Source: Paraphysomonas bandaiensis
Lineage: Eukaryota; Protista; Chrysophyceae
Assembly: GCA_965644295.1 (NCBI GenBank)
Contig: CBFFRP010000615.1
Span: 1-64,000 of the forward strand
Direction of reading: 5' to 3'
Length of the DNA stretch: 64,000 nt
Under the pieces are notes generated by a model. It worked only from the letters and a program-made list of their open reading frames with translations, had not been told where the DNA came from and ran no database searches. The first letter of the stretch is position 1. Every line of letters begins with the position of its first letter. A program made the translations under genes and the position numbers. Shown here piece after piece: positions 51,758 through 64,000 of the stretch.

Positions 51758-53584
51758 TCAGTGGTCGTCAAATGGCATATTGTACATATCTAATATGTTT
51801 CTGAGTGTAGGGGAGTGGATATCTCGCTCTTCATTTGGTTCATCACGAGAAGTAGCAGGCGCATCTGCAATGAAATCATTGTTGCTGGTGTCCGAGCTCT
51901 TCGGGGGCTCTTGACTCGTGCCTTGAGCCGCTTTCGCTTGTTTCCGCACATGTTTCATTAGGCGGAGCTTAGCCAGACCAACCTCCCCTGTAGTTCTCAT
52001 GCTAATTAGTTTCAGTACCTTCTCTTTGTCTGCTTTACTGGGAGAACGAATCATCGGCGATCTTCCGCCTCCTGAGGGATTACTTACACTTGTTGTGTCG
52101 ATTCGTACGCGGTTGCGGGGGGATCGGTTTGCTGGGGATCTGCTGCCCGTTGACCTATTACTTGGAGAACGAGATCCGCTTGAACGGTCGGTGGCGCACC
52201 ATTCACCGGTAGCGCAAGGAGAAATACCAGGTGTTGCAAATGGAGTCCGACTGCTACTAGGTGAATACAGGCGAGAAGTGTCACCATCAGAGTTGAAAGT
52301 GCCCTTCGGGGTTGTGTTTGAAGGGGAGTTGAATGCAAAATACCCGCTTGAAATTGGATCATGAGCATTGCTGGTTCCGACATGTACTGATGCAACACTC
52401 TCCTCATCGACACTAGGAAGAGATAGAAGTGTGGGTTTCAACGCTTCTTTGGACACCATCTCTCCTCTAGAAAGATATCCGACCAGCTTATTATACTCTG
52501 GCGAGTCTCCAGCCAGATAAACGTTGGGAAAACCTTTCTTCCTTCCTCTACTCTCGTCATACGCCGCAATATCGCCTAATGTGTCAGAAGGCAAAGTAGC
52601 CATTACACCCATTGCTACCTGCTTGAATTTGCTCTTGAACCCTAACTTAGGTTTCGGTTTAGGGGGAAGTGGATAATCCTCATCATCATCATCGTCCATA
52701 GTCTTGGATGCCGTCAAGTTCGGTACGATCTCACTACAAACCTCATTGTTCGTACTCTCCAAGCTGATAACTGAGACAGTTTCACTAACATCACATGCGT
52801 TGTGGTGTCGTTTATTGCTGCTGAAATATCCTGTTGTATGACCTCGATTGGCTTCTAGTCTCTTCACATCTCTGCACCATCTCTTATAGTAAAAGAGTGG
52901 CGGTACTCGCATTTGCATCTTTTTGCAGACGAGAATGACATCATCCCTCTTCGGAGGAGAAGTATCTGTAGGGGCGAATAAACCGGCATATAAAACAAGT
53001 TGTCGTGCCTCTGGTATCGACAAGAAGACCCCCATATGCTCCTTAAGGTGAGCCAGTATGTTGTCATAGTTGTGTTCTGGGGCACACGATTCGGTGTAAA
53101 CCAATCGAGCGAGTATGTGTTTGGCCCGCTTGTTATCCCCTACCGCTCTCTCAACCTTCATGAGGGCTCGATAGAGTATAGCACAGTTGATAGTATTGAC
53201 GCTATTGACTAACAGTAACACGTATCTCTTATGTTTCTCCTCAGGAGTCATGTGAGATATAGTAGTCGCAGTGGTCTGATAGGACACACCGCCATGAGGG
53301 CTCAGTGAGGTGTTATGAGGGCTGTCTACATGTGAGTCATGAGGGACCCGCTGATCATTAAAGGGGACCCTCTGATCCCTCTGACACACAGACGAGGGCT
53401 GTCGACCTGTGGGGGAACGAGAGAAGGTCTGTCTACTAACAGGTGAACGACTCCGTCTCTTAAGAAGAGGGCTTGATGATGGACGACTCATACTCATACT
53501 GCATGACCTGGACCTGCTGCTGGTCCGGTCGGGTCGGGAGTAGGCGGAGTATGGTCGTGTACGGGACGTCAATGAGGGGCTCAT
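51758..53584 (-). CDS. Hypothetical 608-aa Ser/Arg/Pro-rich protein, intronless
   Basis: Long non-repetitive ORF, first ATG after an in-frame stop, predicted helical core at aa ~115-245. No recognised domain. Confidence 0.75.
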   Translation of the reverse strand: MSPSLTSRTRPYSAYSRPDRTSSRSRSCSMSMSRPSSSPLLKRRSRSPVSRQTFSRSPTGRQPSSVCQRDQRVPFNDQRVPHDSHVDSPHNTSLSPHGGVSYQTTATTISHMTPEEKHKRYVLLLVNSVNTINCAILYRALMKVERAVGDNKRAKHILARLVYTESCAPEHNYDNILAHLKEHMGVFLSIPEARQLVLYAGLFAPTDTSPPKRDDVILVCKKMQMRVPPLFYYKRWCRDVKRLEANRGHTTGYFSSNKRHHNACDVSETVSVISLESTNNEVCSEIVPNLTASKTMDDDDDEDYPLPPKPKPKLGFKSKFKQVAMGVMATLPSDTLGDIAAYDESRGRKKGFPNVYLAGDSPEYNKLVGYLSRGEMVSKEALKPTLLSLPSVDEESVASVHVGTSNAHDPISSGYFAFNSPSNTTPKGTFNSDGDTSRLYSPSSSRTPFATPGISPCATGEWCATDRSSGSRSPSNRSTGSRSPANRSPRNRVRIDTTSVSNPSGGGRSPMIRSPSKADKEKVLKLISMRTTGEVGLAKLRLMKHVRKQAKAAQGTSQEPPKSSDTSNNDFIADAPATSRDEPNEERDIHSPTLRNILDMYNMPFDDH

Positions 53585-56321
53585 ACAGCGATATCTCCCC
53601 TCGCTATGAGGAGAGATTGAGACTGATTGAGGTGGAAGTGTGTTTTAATGGGGGTGAGAGTAGTGAGGTTGAGGTTACGGCTACATTAGAGGCGGATCAT
53701 GCCATATCTACCTCTATCTACTGTACATATATACATACATACATACATTAACACCACACTGCTATATACATACACACGTACACGTACACGGCCCTGCTGT
53801 GCATACACTCCTAACCCCATCATCCAGCAGTTCCATATATACTGCATACTACCACTGTATTTAGCCGTTTTTCAACACATCCAGCAGTCAAATATCCCCA
53901 TTTTTTAGTCTTCAGAATCTGGATTTCGTTGGTTTTTTCCTGTTTTTTTTTGGTTATTGAGGCACTATACGCGACTAAGAGTTCGAGTGTAGAAACTATC
54001 TACAGGGGTTTTAAACGAATTACTTTACAATGAAGAAATATGCTACATTGAGTCCTATATTAACAGAGTAGATAGTGTTTGTTAAGGAGATATATTTCAT
54101 ACGAAACTATACACTTTCTAGAGTATAAAAATCCTGCTGGGGTGGTATACCTACCGTATACCTACCGTATTACACACCTCAATACCGCTATACAAAACCG
54201 TTACATTGTCCTGGGTAACCGAACAGATAGCTGCCCGTGAACGGCTACATACACCAACACTCCACTTCAACACTTCTTTCAACGTCATGTCGTCAGAATA
54301 GCCAAAACTGTAATAAAATATCTGTAATTTTGGCCACGTTGTTTTCAGAAGTTTCGATATAAAATCCACCTCATATAAAAATTACCTTTAAAATTTTCAT
54401 TTCTGTCCACGTTGTTCACCACTTTTTGTCTAAGAAAAAGAGGGGAATGAATCAACGGGTTTCTCTATATGGATTTTAGCTATAGAATTCCTCGTTAAGT
54501 TCCTATCCAACCCCTCGGGCTCTCTGCTCTTAACTAACTAACCAGTCAGTCCAAAGTACACCTGAATATATCAGTCAACACCGCATCATGTAGCACAAGA
54601 CACTGTCCTGTCATTGACTGTATCTGATCATAGGCTCCTGTCATCGCTGCATATGGAATCAGAGGCATCTAGTTATCTATCTGTGTTTGATGAGTCTCTA
54701 GGGGCCCAACTAACAGGCCCGTGTACCCTCATACACATGTGCATACTGCTCTTAGGCTGGGTGTTTCTTATGGATGTCTTCAGACTGGTGTATGTCGACA
54801 GAGCTCTGCTGCTGTTCCAGTCGATTGATATCCTCATATTCACATCGCGACATAAGAAACTCAACGCTGTCATTAAGATTTAAAGATTGATTGATACTAA
54901 ACATGTGGTCAACAGAATGGAGTAGTATAGCTAATACTGTTGATAATGTATGGGCGTGTATTCTATTCGTATATAAATTGTCAATATGGATTAGATGTAT
55001 AGGATTGTGTGATTGTTATTAGGGCGTGTTTTACGAATAATAACATAGATGTATTGGTAGCATGATTGCCTAGGGCTAATTATCATTAGCCGGCGGGCCA
55101 TAGCTGACCAGTAAGGACATGTTGCTTATGTCTTAGACGATGTAAGTTAATGTAATTACAGAATATTATTCTGCACATCTATCTTGTTCAATTAGATTGC
55201 TCTCCCCATGCGTAGTATACTTTCGTATATTCAGATCCTACAGTACGGTATGGAGGTACTTCTTATCAAAGAATAAGTATTGAAGCTGCTTTTTTATCTT
55301 TTACACCTTCTATGCAATGTTAGGCCGAGGCATTGTCTTGTACTACACACCAGCACTGTTATAATTGGAAGTTAACCTTTCTCAAGAAAAATAAATATCA
55401 TTACTAATCTAAACACTTTACAACATATCCATGTAATATTTGGTGAAATGTATTCTCATTAACATTAGTTGGTCATACGCCCACCCGTCTATCCTATATC
55501 CATAAATATCTTATATAGGTATACATCAGCAACAGAATCTATTTCCTTTGTAACTCTATTTATTCTTGAGAATTAAGTGCTGGTTTTTCCTATTGCTGCA
55601 CACTAATCTTTCACTATATATCATATCATGCAGAAGAACTCAGCAAGCTCTAATTTCATAATAATCTGACATGATTTTGCACCTGCTGCGAGATATATTT
55701 TTCAACGGATACAATCTTATGTTTGATAGGTGATAGGAAGGATGTAGTTGGGATATAGAATTGTGTATTATCTATTGCAATAATAGCATTGTTGATCGGT
55801 TAGAAAAGTATTGCAATATTATTGATAGGAAGCCAGCTTACAAATCACACTATTATAGTATATAGTATATAGTATCATATTCCCTCTGAGCCCTGACACA
55901 TGGTTATATATGTCCAAGCTAATAGTTATTTTATTGCCATGTTGTGTTTTGGTACCACTATACAACAGCGTTTCCATCCTTCGTTTTTCACAATGCATGC
56001 CTTCCGGAATTTGATATTGTAATATAGTATAGGATGGTAATATGTACGAAATGGAAATTAGTGATCAAATTATGCATAAAACTCTTAAAATTGCATCGTT
56101 AGTATATTAAGAAGTATTGGTTCTACGTGATATCATTGAGGAAATGCTCGTCTACGTATTCCTACTAGCACATGTCGGACAAGCACTTGGCATGCAGTAA
56201 AACAAGCCGTACTCTGAACCGCTACTCGGACATTTTCAATCAAAGCTTCTTTCACAACTCTGCTCACAAAAGATTTAGGATTCGTAAGGATAAACATTGT
56301 TTTCATGCAACTAATACAACA

Positions 56322-58136
56322 TCATATTGTTCTATAAAGTTTACATTGGCTTGTGCACGCTTTAGCATATACAGTGGTATAATACGCACCATGCATAACA
56401 ATCCCGGAGTTTTTTTTGTCAATGTCTTCAAACCATCTATCCACAGCCCCAATTTCACACTCAGCGGACTTCAAGAGTTCTTCACCAGACATCAGATCTT
56501 CAATACTAGTTTCTGTTGTTGAATGGTCACCTAGCCACAGCGATGGATAGGAAGAAGACAGGGGAGGTACGTCCTCAACAAATCCAGAATCATCAACGGT
56601 CCCAGTATCTTGTTGATCTGACCTTATATATTTGCTTTTCTTAGATGACAAGTCTATTTGTTGAGAAGTGGCTTCGCTTTTCCGTTTGTTTTTATCGCTT
56701 TTAGAGTCTGTATTTACAGTGGGGTCATTATAAGTTATTACCACGGCTATATCTAATGACGTACCTGGTGCATGACATGGTAGAAACTGGACGCGATATT
56801 CAGCATCACTATCACACTCTTCACTGTCCACGTATTCACTATCACTAGGGCTGTCCCTTGGACATTTCCTTGAAGCTCGAGGTTGAGCTTGAGGCGGTTT
56901 GGCGACGGTTGTAGGAGACGGCCTCTGACTAGTCAGCCGTTTAACAGCCTCTATACTCTTTAATCCACCAACAACACACTCAGGATGTTGCTGGTAGTGA
57001 CGTTCTACGTTGAGGAGTCATGATGTTACCAACTAAGAACGCTGTATAATATACCTAATATTGTGTAGTCTAGAGGTGTTTTCGGCGCCTTCTTTCCACT
57101 AATAATGGGATAGAGATGCCTTTTACGCATGTTTGTCATCCAATTTCCCACCTAGAAAGAAGTTAGACAAGAGAGATATACAGCAGGTGAATAGGAGTGT
57201 AAATAGATATACCTGTTGGGGAGAGAGATGCAGCTGTGTCGCCAGTCTATGCTTCTCTTCTTGAGATGGAAACGGGTTGTCTGAGCACCCATATCAACAC
57301 ACAAATGAATGCATAAGTGTTCGCTGCTTGTCGCATATCACAGTTAATACGTTTACCCACCTTGATGGTCCACTAACCACCTCGTTAAAAAGTCAGTGGC
57401 GCTTCTATTTAGCCTTTTATTAGACCTTCCTTCCTCCCTACCATCATCAGGGGCCCGAGAATACCCAGTCACACTTTCTTCACCACCTGACCACGAATCA
57501 CTGCATAATATACGACATAAACGTGAACGCTTTGTGAAAGATAAAGATAATAGCAATATCAGTATACCTATTTGTGTCACCCTCGCGGTAGAGCATGGAA
57601 TGTGACCCATCATCACCACGGAGGGATGCAAACAAAGCCTCATCATCGCTGTCAACAGTAGCTACTGTTGTATTTGCAGTAGTAGAATGATCAGTCAAAA
57701 GCGGGCGCATATCTCTAGGCTGGGGACTCTGCAAAATATGAATTATTCCTATCGGAAACCCCATTGTATATTTTTCATAGCTACTATCGACCTGGTATTG
57801 CGCAATTACTGTCTTTTGAATATCTAAGAGCGTCTCTCGAATAAAATCACAATCGTTATTCGCAGTGCTTCTCTCTCTGTGGCATCGTATAATTGCCTTT
57901 TCTAACTCGTCCAGTCGAGCTGCACCATTCAAAATACTCTCCTGGTCAGATGGACTGCTGGCTAGAGCTATCAATGTACTGGTATACTTCATAATAGACC
58001 TAACTACTTCAAGATAGCAGGAGCTAGCTGATTCTGACTCTCTGGAAGATGTTTGAGGTACATCACTGTTCGACTGATGCGATTGAGAGATTGTCAGTGA
58101 CTCCATATTGACTCGATGAAACTTGACACAAATCAA
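56322..58136 (-). CDS. TALE-class homeodomain transcription factor; multi-exon, both ends uncertain
   Basis: Spliced LNRSATDFLTRWLVDHQ|DNPFPSQEEKHRLATQLHLSPQQ|VGNWMTNMRKRH, with the three-residue loop extension and phase-consistent GT-AG junctions. Confidence 0.88.
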
Positions 58137-58846
58137 GCGTTTCAGTGGTATATTTTCGTCATCAATGCAGTTGCTTATGACCTGAATGCAATAGAGGTGG
58201 AGTCAAATTGACTGAAGGCTACACGGTGCACGTGTAACGTCACTGGAGTGACACCGACCCGTGCAGATAATGTTGCATCCATGTGTAGCCTGCAGCCGTT
58301 AAAGGTTCGATATAAGGGTGTGAGTAGTATCATTTACTATAATGGAGATGATTTACAGGTGTGTGGGTGCTTGTTTACGCATGGGTTCAATGGATATGCA
58401 GTGGTATCATTGAGTTGGCTCCGTCTCTCATGCACGAAGATCGCCCTGTGTGTCTATGCATGCATACATACAGCAGTGTATTCAACTGCCAGGCCCTACA
58501 CTGTACTACACCACTGTACGACACCTGTACACAGCAGCACTTTATCCGTTACGGATAGCTGCCCGTTAGTCAGAACTATATACAAAATAAACGGTCCGTT
58601 TCTCTCTACCGTTACACAGGCAAGATAAGTACTGTATGTATATGTATGTGTATGTGTATGTATGTATATGCATGTAGGTGTACATAGCCTGCGTATACAG
58701 ACATATACAGACACACGCAGATATGTCTGTATGTATGTATGTATGTATGTATGCATGGGACTCTGCTATGAGATGAGTGTATATATATAGCCATCTAGAG
58801 CCACTGTATCGAATATCTCCCTATCTGTGATATACTATCGGGAGAT

Positions 58847-61800
58847 ATGTCCGGTCGTCCATGTATCGGCCTCCTGGAGCCTCATCTTCATATGGTGTTC
58901 GCTCAAGAGAGGGTCCCGGGAGAGGACTTCGTCTACACGCCCTCCACAGAGATGTTCAACACACTCGAAGACTTCTGTGATGATCAGACGATACAAGAAC
59001 CTCGACCCCCTCTATTGATACTGGGAGAATCAGGCTCAGGGAAGTCCGCTTTGCTCGCTAATTGGCTGCAGAGGAGGCAGAGGAACATGACGCGCAGTCG
59101 AGCTGCTGATGATTTCGTGTTTTGGCATGCAGTGGGCTGCACTCGACAGTCAATGGATGTTAATAATCTCATGAGACGTTTAATGATTGATTTAAAGAAT
59201 CGCTTTGAGTTGTCTCGTGATGTGCCGTTGGCTCAGTCGAGGTTGTCATGGGATCTTCCCCGGTTCCTTGAATTGGCTAGTAAGAAGGGTAAAGCCATTA
59301 TTGTTATAGATGGGTTACACAGATTAGAGTCAAATGAGGGCGAGACAAACTTGTCTTGGTTGCCGTTAGAATTTCCCCCTAATGTGCGGATAATTCTATC
59401 AGCTACAAGCGCAACGAATTCGGATGCAACCAGTAAGCGTAGCCATGTCATTGCTGAGCTGGAGAGGTACGGTGTTCTTGTTCGTGCTTGTAGAATGTTA
59501 GATGGATAGTATGTATATGCTTGGTGTCAACTGGTAGTGATTGTCACTATATTTTGATGTAACACTTCTATATGATTCGCAGGCGTAATTTACAGATAGT
59601 GCATCTCCGCCCACTGGATGGGTCTATGTGCAGAAATGTCGTCGACTCTTTTATAAAGAAAACAGTGCAGGCAGAGTCTTCATCAGTCGCCGGAGGAACT
59701 TTTCTCACCGATAAATCTGCAGCTGTCACAGGTTCGTGTAGCGTTGTATATCTCAGTTTTTCATTTACACTATATGATGTAGATCACTCCAATGACATTC
59801 CTGGTTTTCTATTGTTTGATACCCAAGTGCAAGACATTGCCACCCACGGTCTTGCTAACAACCCACTCTTTTTGAGAGTGCTGTTGAGGTAATACGTTTA
59901 TCGATGTAACTGTATCTCGCTAACGCGAATTAGGTGTTTGCACTGGGCCGTGTCCAGAGGTTTTTCATTGTGGCATATTATGGATTCCTGGCTGTACAGT
60001 GTGGACTCTATTGAAAACCTGTATCACGCCATATTGACTTCTCTTGAGCAAGGATTTGCTGCTACTCCAGAGGTAATAGAAACTGCTCGGGCGAATTCTG
60101 TGCAGGCTGGATCATTAGCCGCTCTGAAGGCCCTGTATCCCTGGCACCCCAGTTTCCAGAAGCTGGACGAACAGAGCAACACCGAAATGATGGCAATAGA
60201 CTTTCAGTTTGATAACTCAGATGGCATTAGAACTGGGGGGGGGCAAAAGGGTGGGAGTGGGGTAAATGTGGGTGGAGGAATGGGAATGCAAACGACTGGA
60301 GGTATTTTTCATCATACGCTAAACATACATATGTATTGGTGTAGTGACTTGTTGTGGAAACTGTGTATACTATATTGTACGTTAGGGTCATACCTACGTT
60401 GTATTCACTTCTACTTGTAGGTCAGCAGTGGTTATTAGCGTCTCAGCAGGCGGAGAGCAAATTAGAAGCTGCCAGGGTGGATACCCAGAGAAGCATGGAT
60501 GCCATGGTGAAAAGAGCAAAGCGGCTAGCATCAGAGGAAGGCCTTAAGTATGTTGATGCATTTCTGAGAATTCAACAGGTGCGAAATATGACATGAATTA
60601 TGAGGATAAGAAGCTATTGGTTGATGTTGTAATTTGATGTTTTCTCTGGCAGGAAGTATTGGAGGCTCAGCAAGAAGATGACGATGATTCTGTATCTCTT
60701 GCCCAAGATGATGTTGAGGGAGAAATGGATGAGAGTATAGCGAGTGACACCATGACAAAAGACGATGATATTGACAGTACTCAAGATGTTCCCTTGTCTG
60801 AGGAGCAGTCAGTAGTGGAAGAAACGAAAAGCTTATTTATTACCGAAACTGAAGAAGAACCTCCTAGTGAGTTTGAAGTAATGGTAAAGGATTTGGCATC
60901 GAGGGCCGTCACTTCAGCTACGAGAAAGATGGAGACGAAACTGGGGGGAGGGTTTTGTGAGGGCCGGGAACGAGCGTCCACCACAATAAGGAAAGGAGGA
61001 AGCGCAGTGGCTGAACTGGCTGGAATAGCGCAGAAGAAAGGGAATGCTGGGAGATTTTCCTCTGTTGCTGTGGTCAGTGCTTGTCACTATATCTGTGTTG
61101 TATGTCTTTTATCTGAGTGTTTATTATGTCATTCCCTTATCTACTCTATGATAATATATGCCTTAGCCAAGTGGCCGGGCCACTATTGCACCTCTTGGCA
61201 AGCAGTCATCTCTCCAGATTGTACCGATTCAACCTAGTACCTCTATACCCGAGTTTGACCCATCCTCCGACAGTAACCCCGCAGACAGAAGTGGCAGAGA
61301 TGGGCCAAGTGCTGAAGGATCTCCAGTGCCTGTCCAGGGCAAGCAAAAGGAGAGGCAAGTACTGACGGTTGAAAACTTAGAAGAGCGGTCACAGGCTAGT
61401 AACAAAAGTGACACAAATCCTGTTATTGGCCTTGACTATCTACCTTTGTACCTTACTGGTGGGGTAAACACTGCGGGCTTCATGAACATATTGGGTCATG
61501 CTTTGGCACTGCTATACGTTGCGAGACACGGATTGAATGAATCTGAGCTCTTTTCTATGCTGGCTAGTATTCCAAAAGTCAACGATGCTGCAGAGAGTAC
61601 TTCTCGCGGCCGTCCTCCAATCACAGATGAAATGAAGGCTTTGATTAGTGTATGCTACCACTACAGAGAAAAATTTCGTGACTGCTGGCAGTCTAATGAT
61701 ACGCTTCATACGAATAGGCTGAGCCCGAAGAAGCTTCTCGTGGGTATGCAACGAGTAAACCCTGAATTTAGTGCGCACGATTTAGATCTCCTTCTAACAA

Positions 61801-64000
61801 TTTTAGACTGCAAACCTGAGCAGAAGAGCTCCTCTGTGAGTTCTGTTGGCAACAGTAAGACTGTGGACTACACAGTACTGTTGGAGAGAATATCAAGGGC
61901 AGAGAGAGTGACGAAAATGCAGGAGATCAGGAAAAAGAACGCAAAACTTACATCTGGTGAGTCACTTTTCTTGTTGATATCATATCCAGTAGTTATAAGT
62001 GGTGTACAGTTGATGAGGGTTCGGTTAATGACTTGGATGACCCTCTGTTTGCGTCTGTTCCACTTGGAGAGGAAATTGATGGGTTTTACTTCGATGAAAC
62101 GTCGGCTACAGAGACTCAGGGGAGTTTAGGACCGGTTATGGAAGAGGGTCTCTTGTCTGCATTGTGCGCCTTAGGAGTGCTCCATTCGCCAAAAGACCAG
62201 GTAGGTCGTCCACTCAATTTTCTTAGGGCCTTTGTGTTGATTTAGATTTTGTCAGGTTATCGTCTTGCCATGTGAGAACGAACAGTTACGGAATGTTATA
62301 CTGGAGCGGTGAGTTGTGAGCAGTATACTGTTGATTCGCTGGTGGCTATAGTTATTTATATGGTGCTAATGCCTTCTTTGCAGATACATTCTTGCAAAAG
62401 GAGGAACACTCGAAGAATGGCATTTACGTCTAATTAGATTTTTCCAGCGCAAGACGAATAGTCTAAGGAGGTGTGAAGAGCTTCCGTGGCACTTAAAGAT
62501 ATGTCGGAAGTGGTTTAGTCTCAGGAGTGTGGTGGCTGATCTGAGGACCTTCAATATCATGTCCCAGGTGTGTAGCTAGAAAACTATGGGGAATCTGTAT
62601 GCAGTGGCGCTAGCTTTTCTTCTTTCCCTCCCAGACGCTTAATTTTTGTACTACAGGGAGAACTTAGGGACGAGCTTCTGGGTTACTGGTTCACGCTCAC
62701 ACATGCTCCTCTCTATGTGACAGATAAGGCTGAACAAGAGGCAAACAACGCGAATCGCATGCAGATATCTGAATCCCAGCGAATCTTGTCAGAAATTGAC
62801 TCCGCTTCCGCACTACATTTAAATGAAAAGGACATTAAGAAGCAGGTATTTATCAGGATTCGTGATGACTGACCATGGTGCCACGTTTGTATTATACTGT
62901 AGTTCGAATGAGTTAGTGTGTATATCATATCATTTTGCTGCTTTTTTTACGGTGCGCGCTTTCAGCTTCTCAAAGATTGTGTTGCCAACTTTGACATAAT
63001 TGAAGAACTGGATAAGACAGTTGAGTTATGGATAACAAAGAACCACCCTAGCAGCGCCAAAATATCGCAGACGCTTTTGCACATTGCTCGCTTCTTGGCT
63101 GAATTTTGTAGGCACTATGAAGTGTCACCACCACCGTTTCTGCGTCTCGGAATGGAAAAACGCTTCTTTTCTATGTTCAATATCGATCTAGAAGGTGTGT
63201 ATCATTCATCAAAGAAGGGATCAAAAACTGGGGTACAGGTCACACCTGCCATTGGAGTACCGTCACCAGGTGTGCAGCATAATTTTGCTCTGGGTGTATA
63301 ACTTCGTGCGTGTAGGGGGACTGGACACCAATGGAGATGATGGTAATGACTCATCCAGTGAGCAGTCTGCATCAGAGACAGTGAAACCAACGCCAATAGG
63401 AAACAATGTCCTTGCTCTCCCTAAACAAGAGATGCATCTGTACCAATATTATCGGTGGATGTGGATCCAGTTTCCCTGGCTAGGAATGCCGTCTTGTAGC
63501 AAAAACCTTGTTAATATGCTGGATTCTGGTAGCGCCCCTGCGAATCCCCCACCTGCTGATGATAGCACGATAGACAAGGCCAACAGCACATCAAGGTCCC
63601 GGGTGGGTACAAGTGCTAATGTGGGCATTCCTGGACAGCCAGGAAGTGTGGGGGAGAAACCACCCCCACTTCAGGATAATAGTGTATCAACTTCTCCCAG
63701 CAGAGAGGCTGATCCAGACGAGGCAAGACGACGCGAAGTGGCTGCGAGGTCGTGGCATGCAAAGAAACAGGATCCCTCTCTTGGACGCGTGGTGAGCACA
63801 TCAGCAAGTCGAACTGCGGCTCTCATAAAATCAAGGTACTGCTCACTTTGTGTCATTGATTATGGAACGTGATTTTGTATGTGGCAGCATGACCCCTTGC
63901 TCTAGTCTGGATGCCATAGAGAATTTTGGCAGGCACACTCTCGAGATGTCTCGTTCACTCTCCCAGGCCAATGATGGACCAGGGAAACATCAAGCAATTG
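58847..64000 (+). CDS. NACHT-like STAND NTPase (NPHP3/TEP1/TTC41-like); multi-exon, 3' end beyond the window
   Basis: Walker A LLILGESGSGKSALLANW, Walker B IIVIDGL, LSWLP..PPNVRIILS, NPLFLR, ARHGLNESEL, RRCEELPWHL. Confidence 0.85.

Overview
Eukaryotic genomic DNA with GT-AG introns. Gene content (eEF3, TPK channel, TALE homeobox, GT17) is compatible with a stramenopile-type protist, but this is inference. I reconstructed 11 protein-coding genes, most by hand-splicing: eEF3, a GT17 glycosyltransferase, a membrane-anchored S8 subtilisin, a two-pore K+ channel fused to TPRs, a PSP1-domain protein, TAF7, a TRIM-like RING-B-box-CC-FN3 protein, EngB/YihA, an unknown protein, a TALE homeodomain protein and a NACHT protein that runs off the window. 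Eight of them form four head-to-head pairs, separated by degraded transposon debris (hAT, Harbinger, Copia/solo LTR, foldback, MITEs). Most notable: (1) a 6.2-kb 13-bp satellite fills intron 1 of the subtilisin gene and is almost free of AG on the sense strand; (2) a ~480-bp hairpin-rich non-coding element occurs at about nine places, with a fixed end that folds with HDV-ribozyme-like topology, and one copy sits inside another between 26-bp direct repeats; (3) a 1.8-kb inverted duplication of form X-A'-X-A recurs at ~20-bp scale; (4) (TATG)n arrays fill bidirectional promoters with a shared TATATAAATATA flank; (5) the K+ channel-EF-hand-TPR fusion. The long repetitive ORFs in the track are repeat artefacts. 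All alignments and folds were done by eye.
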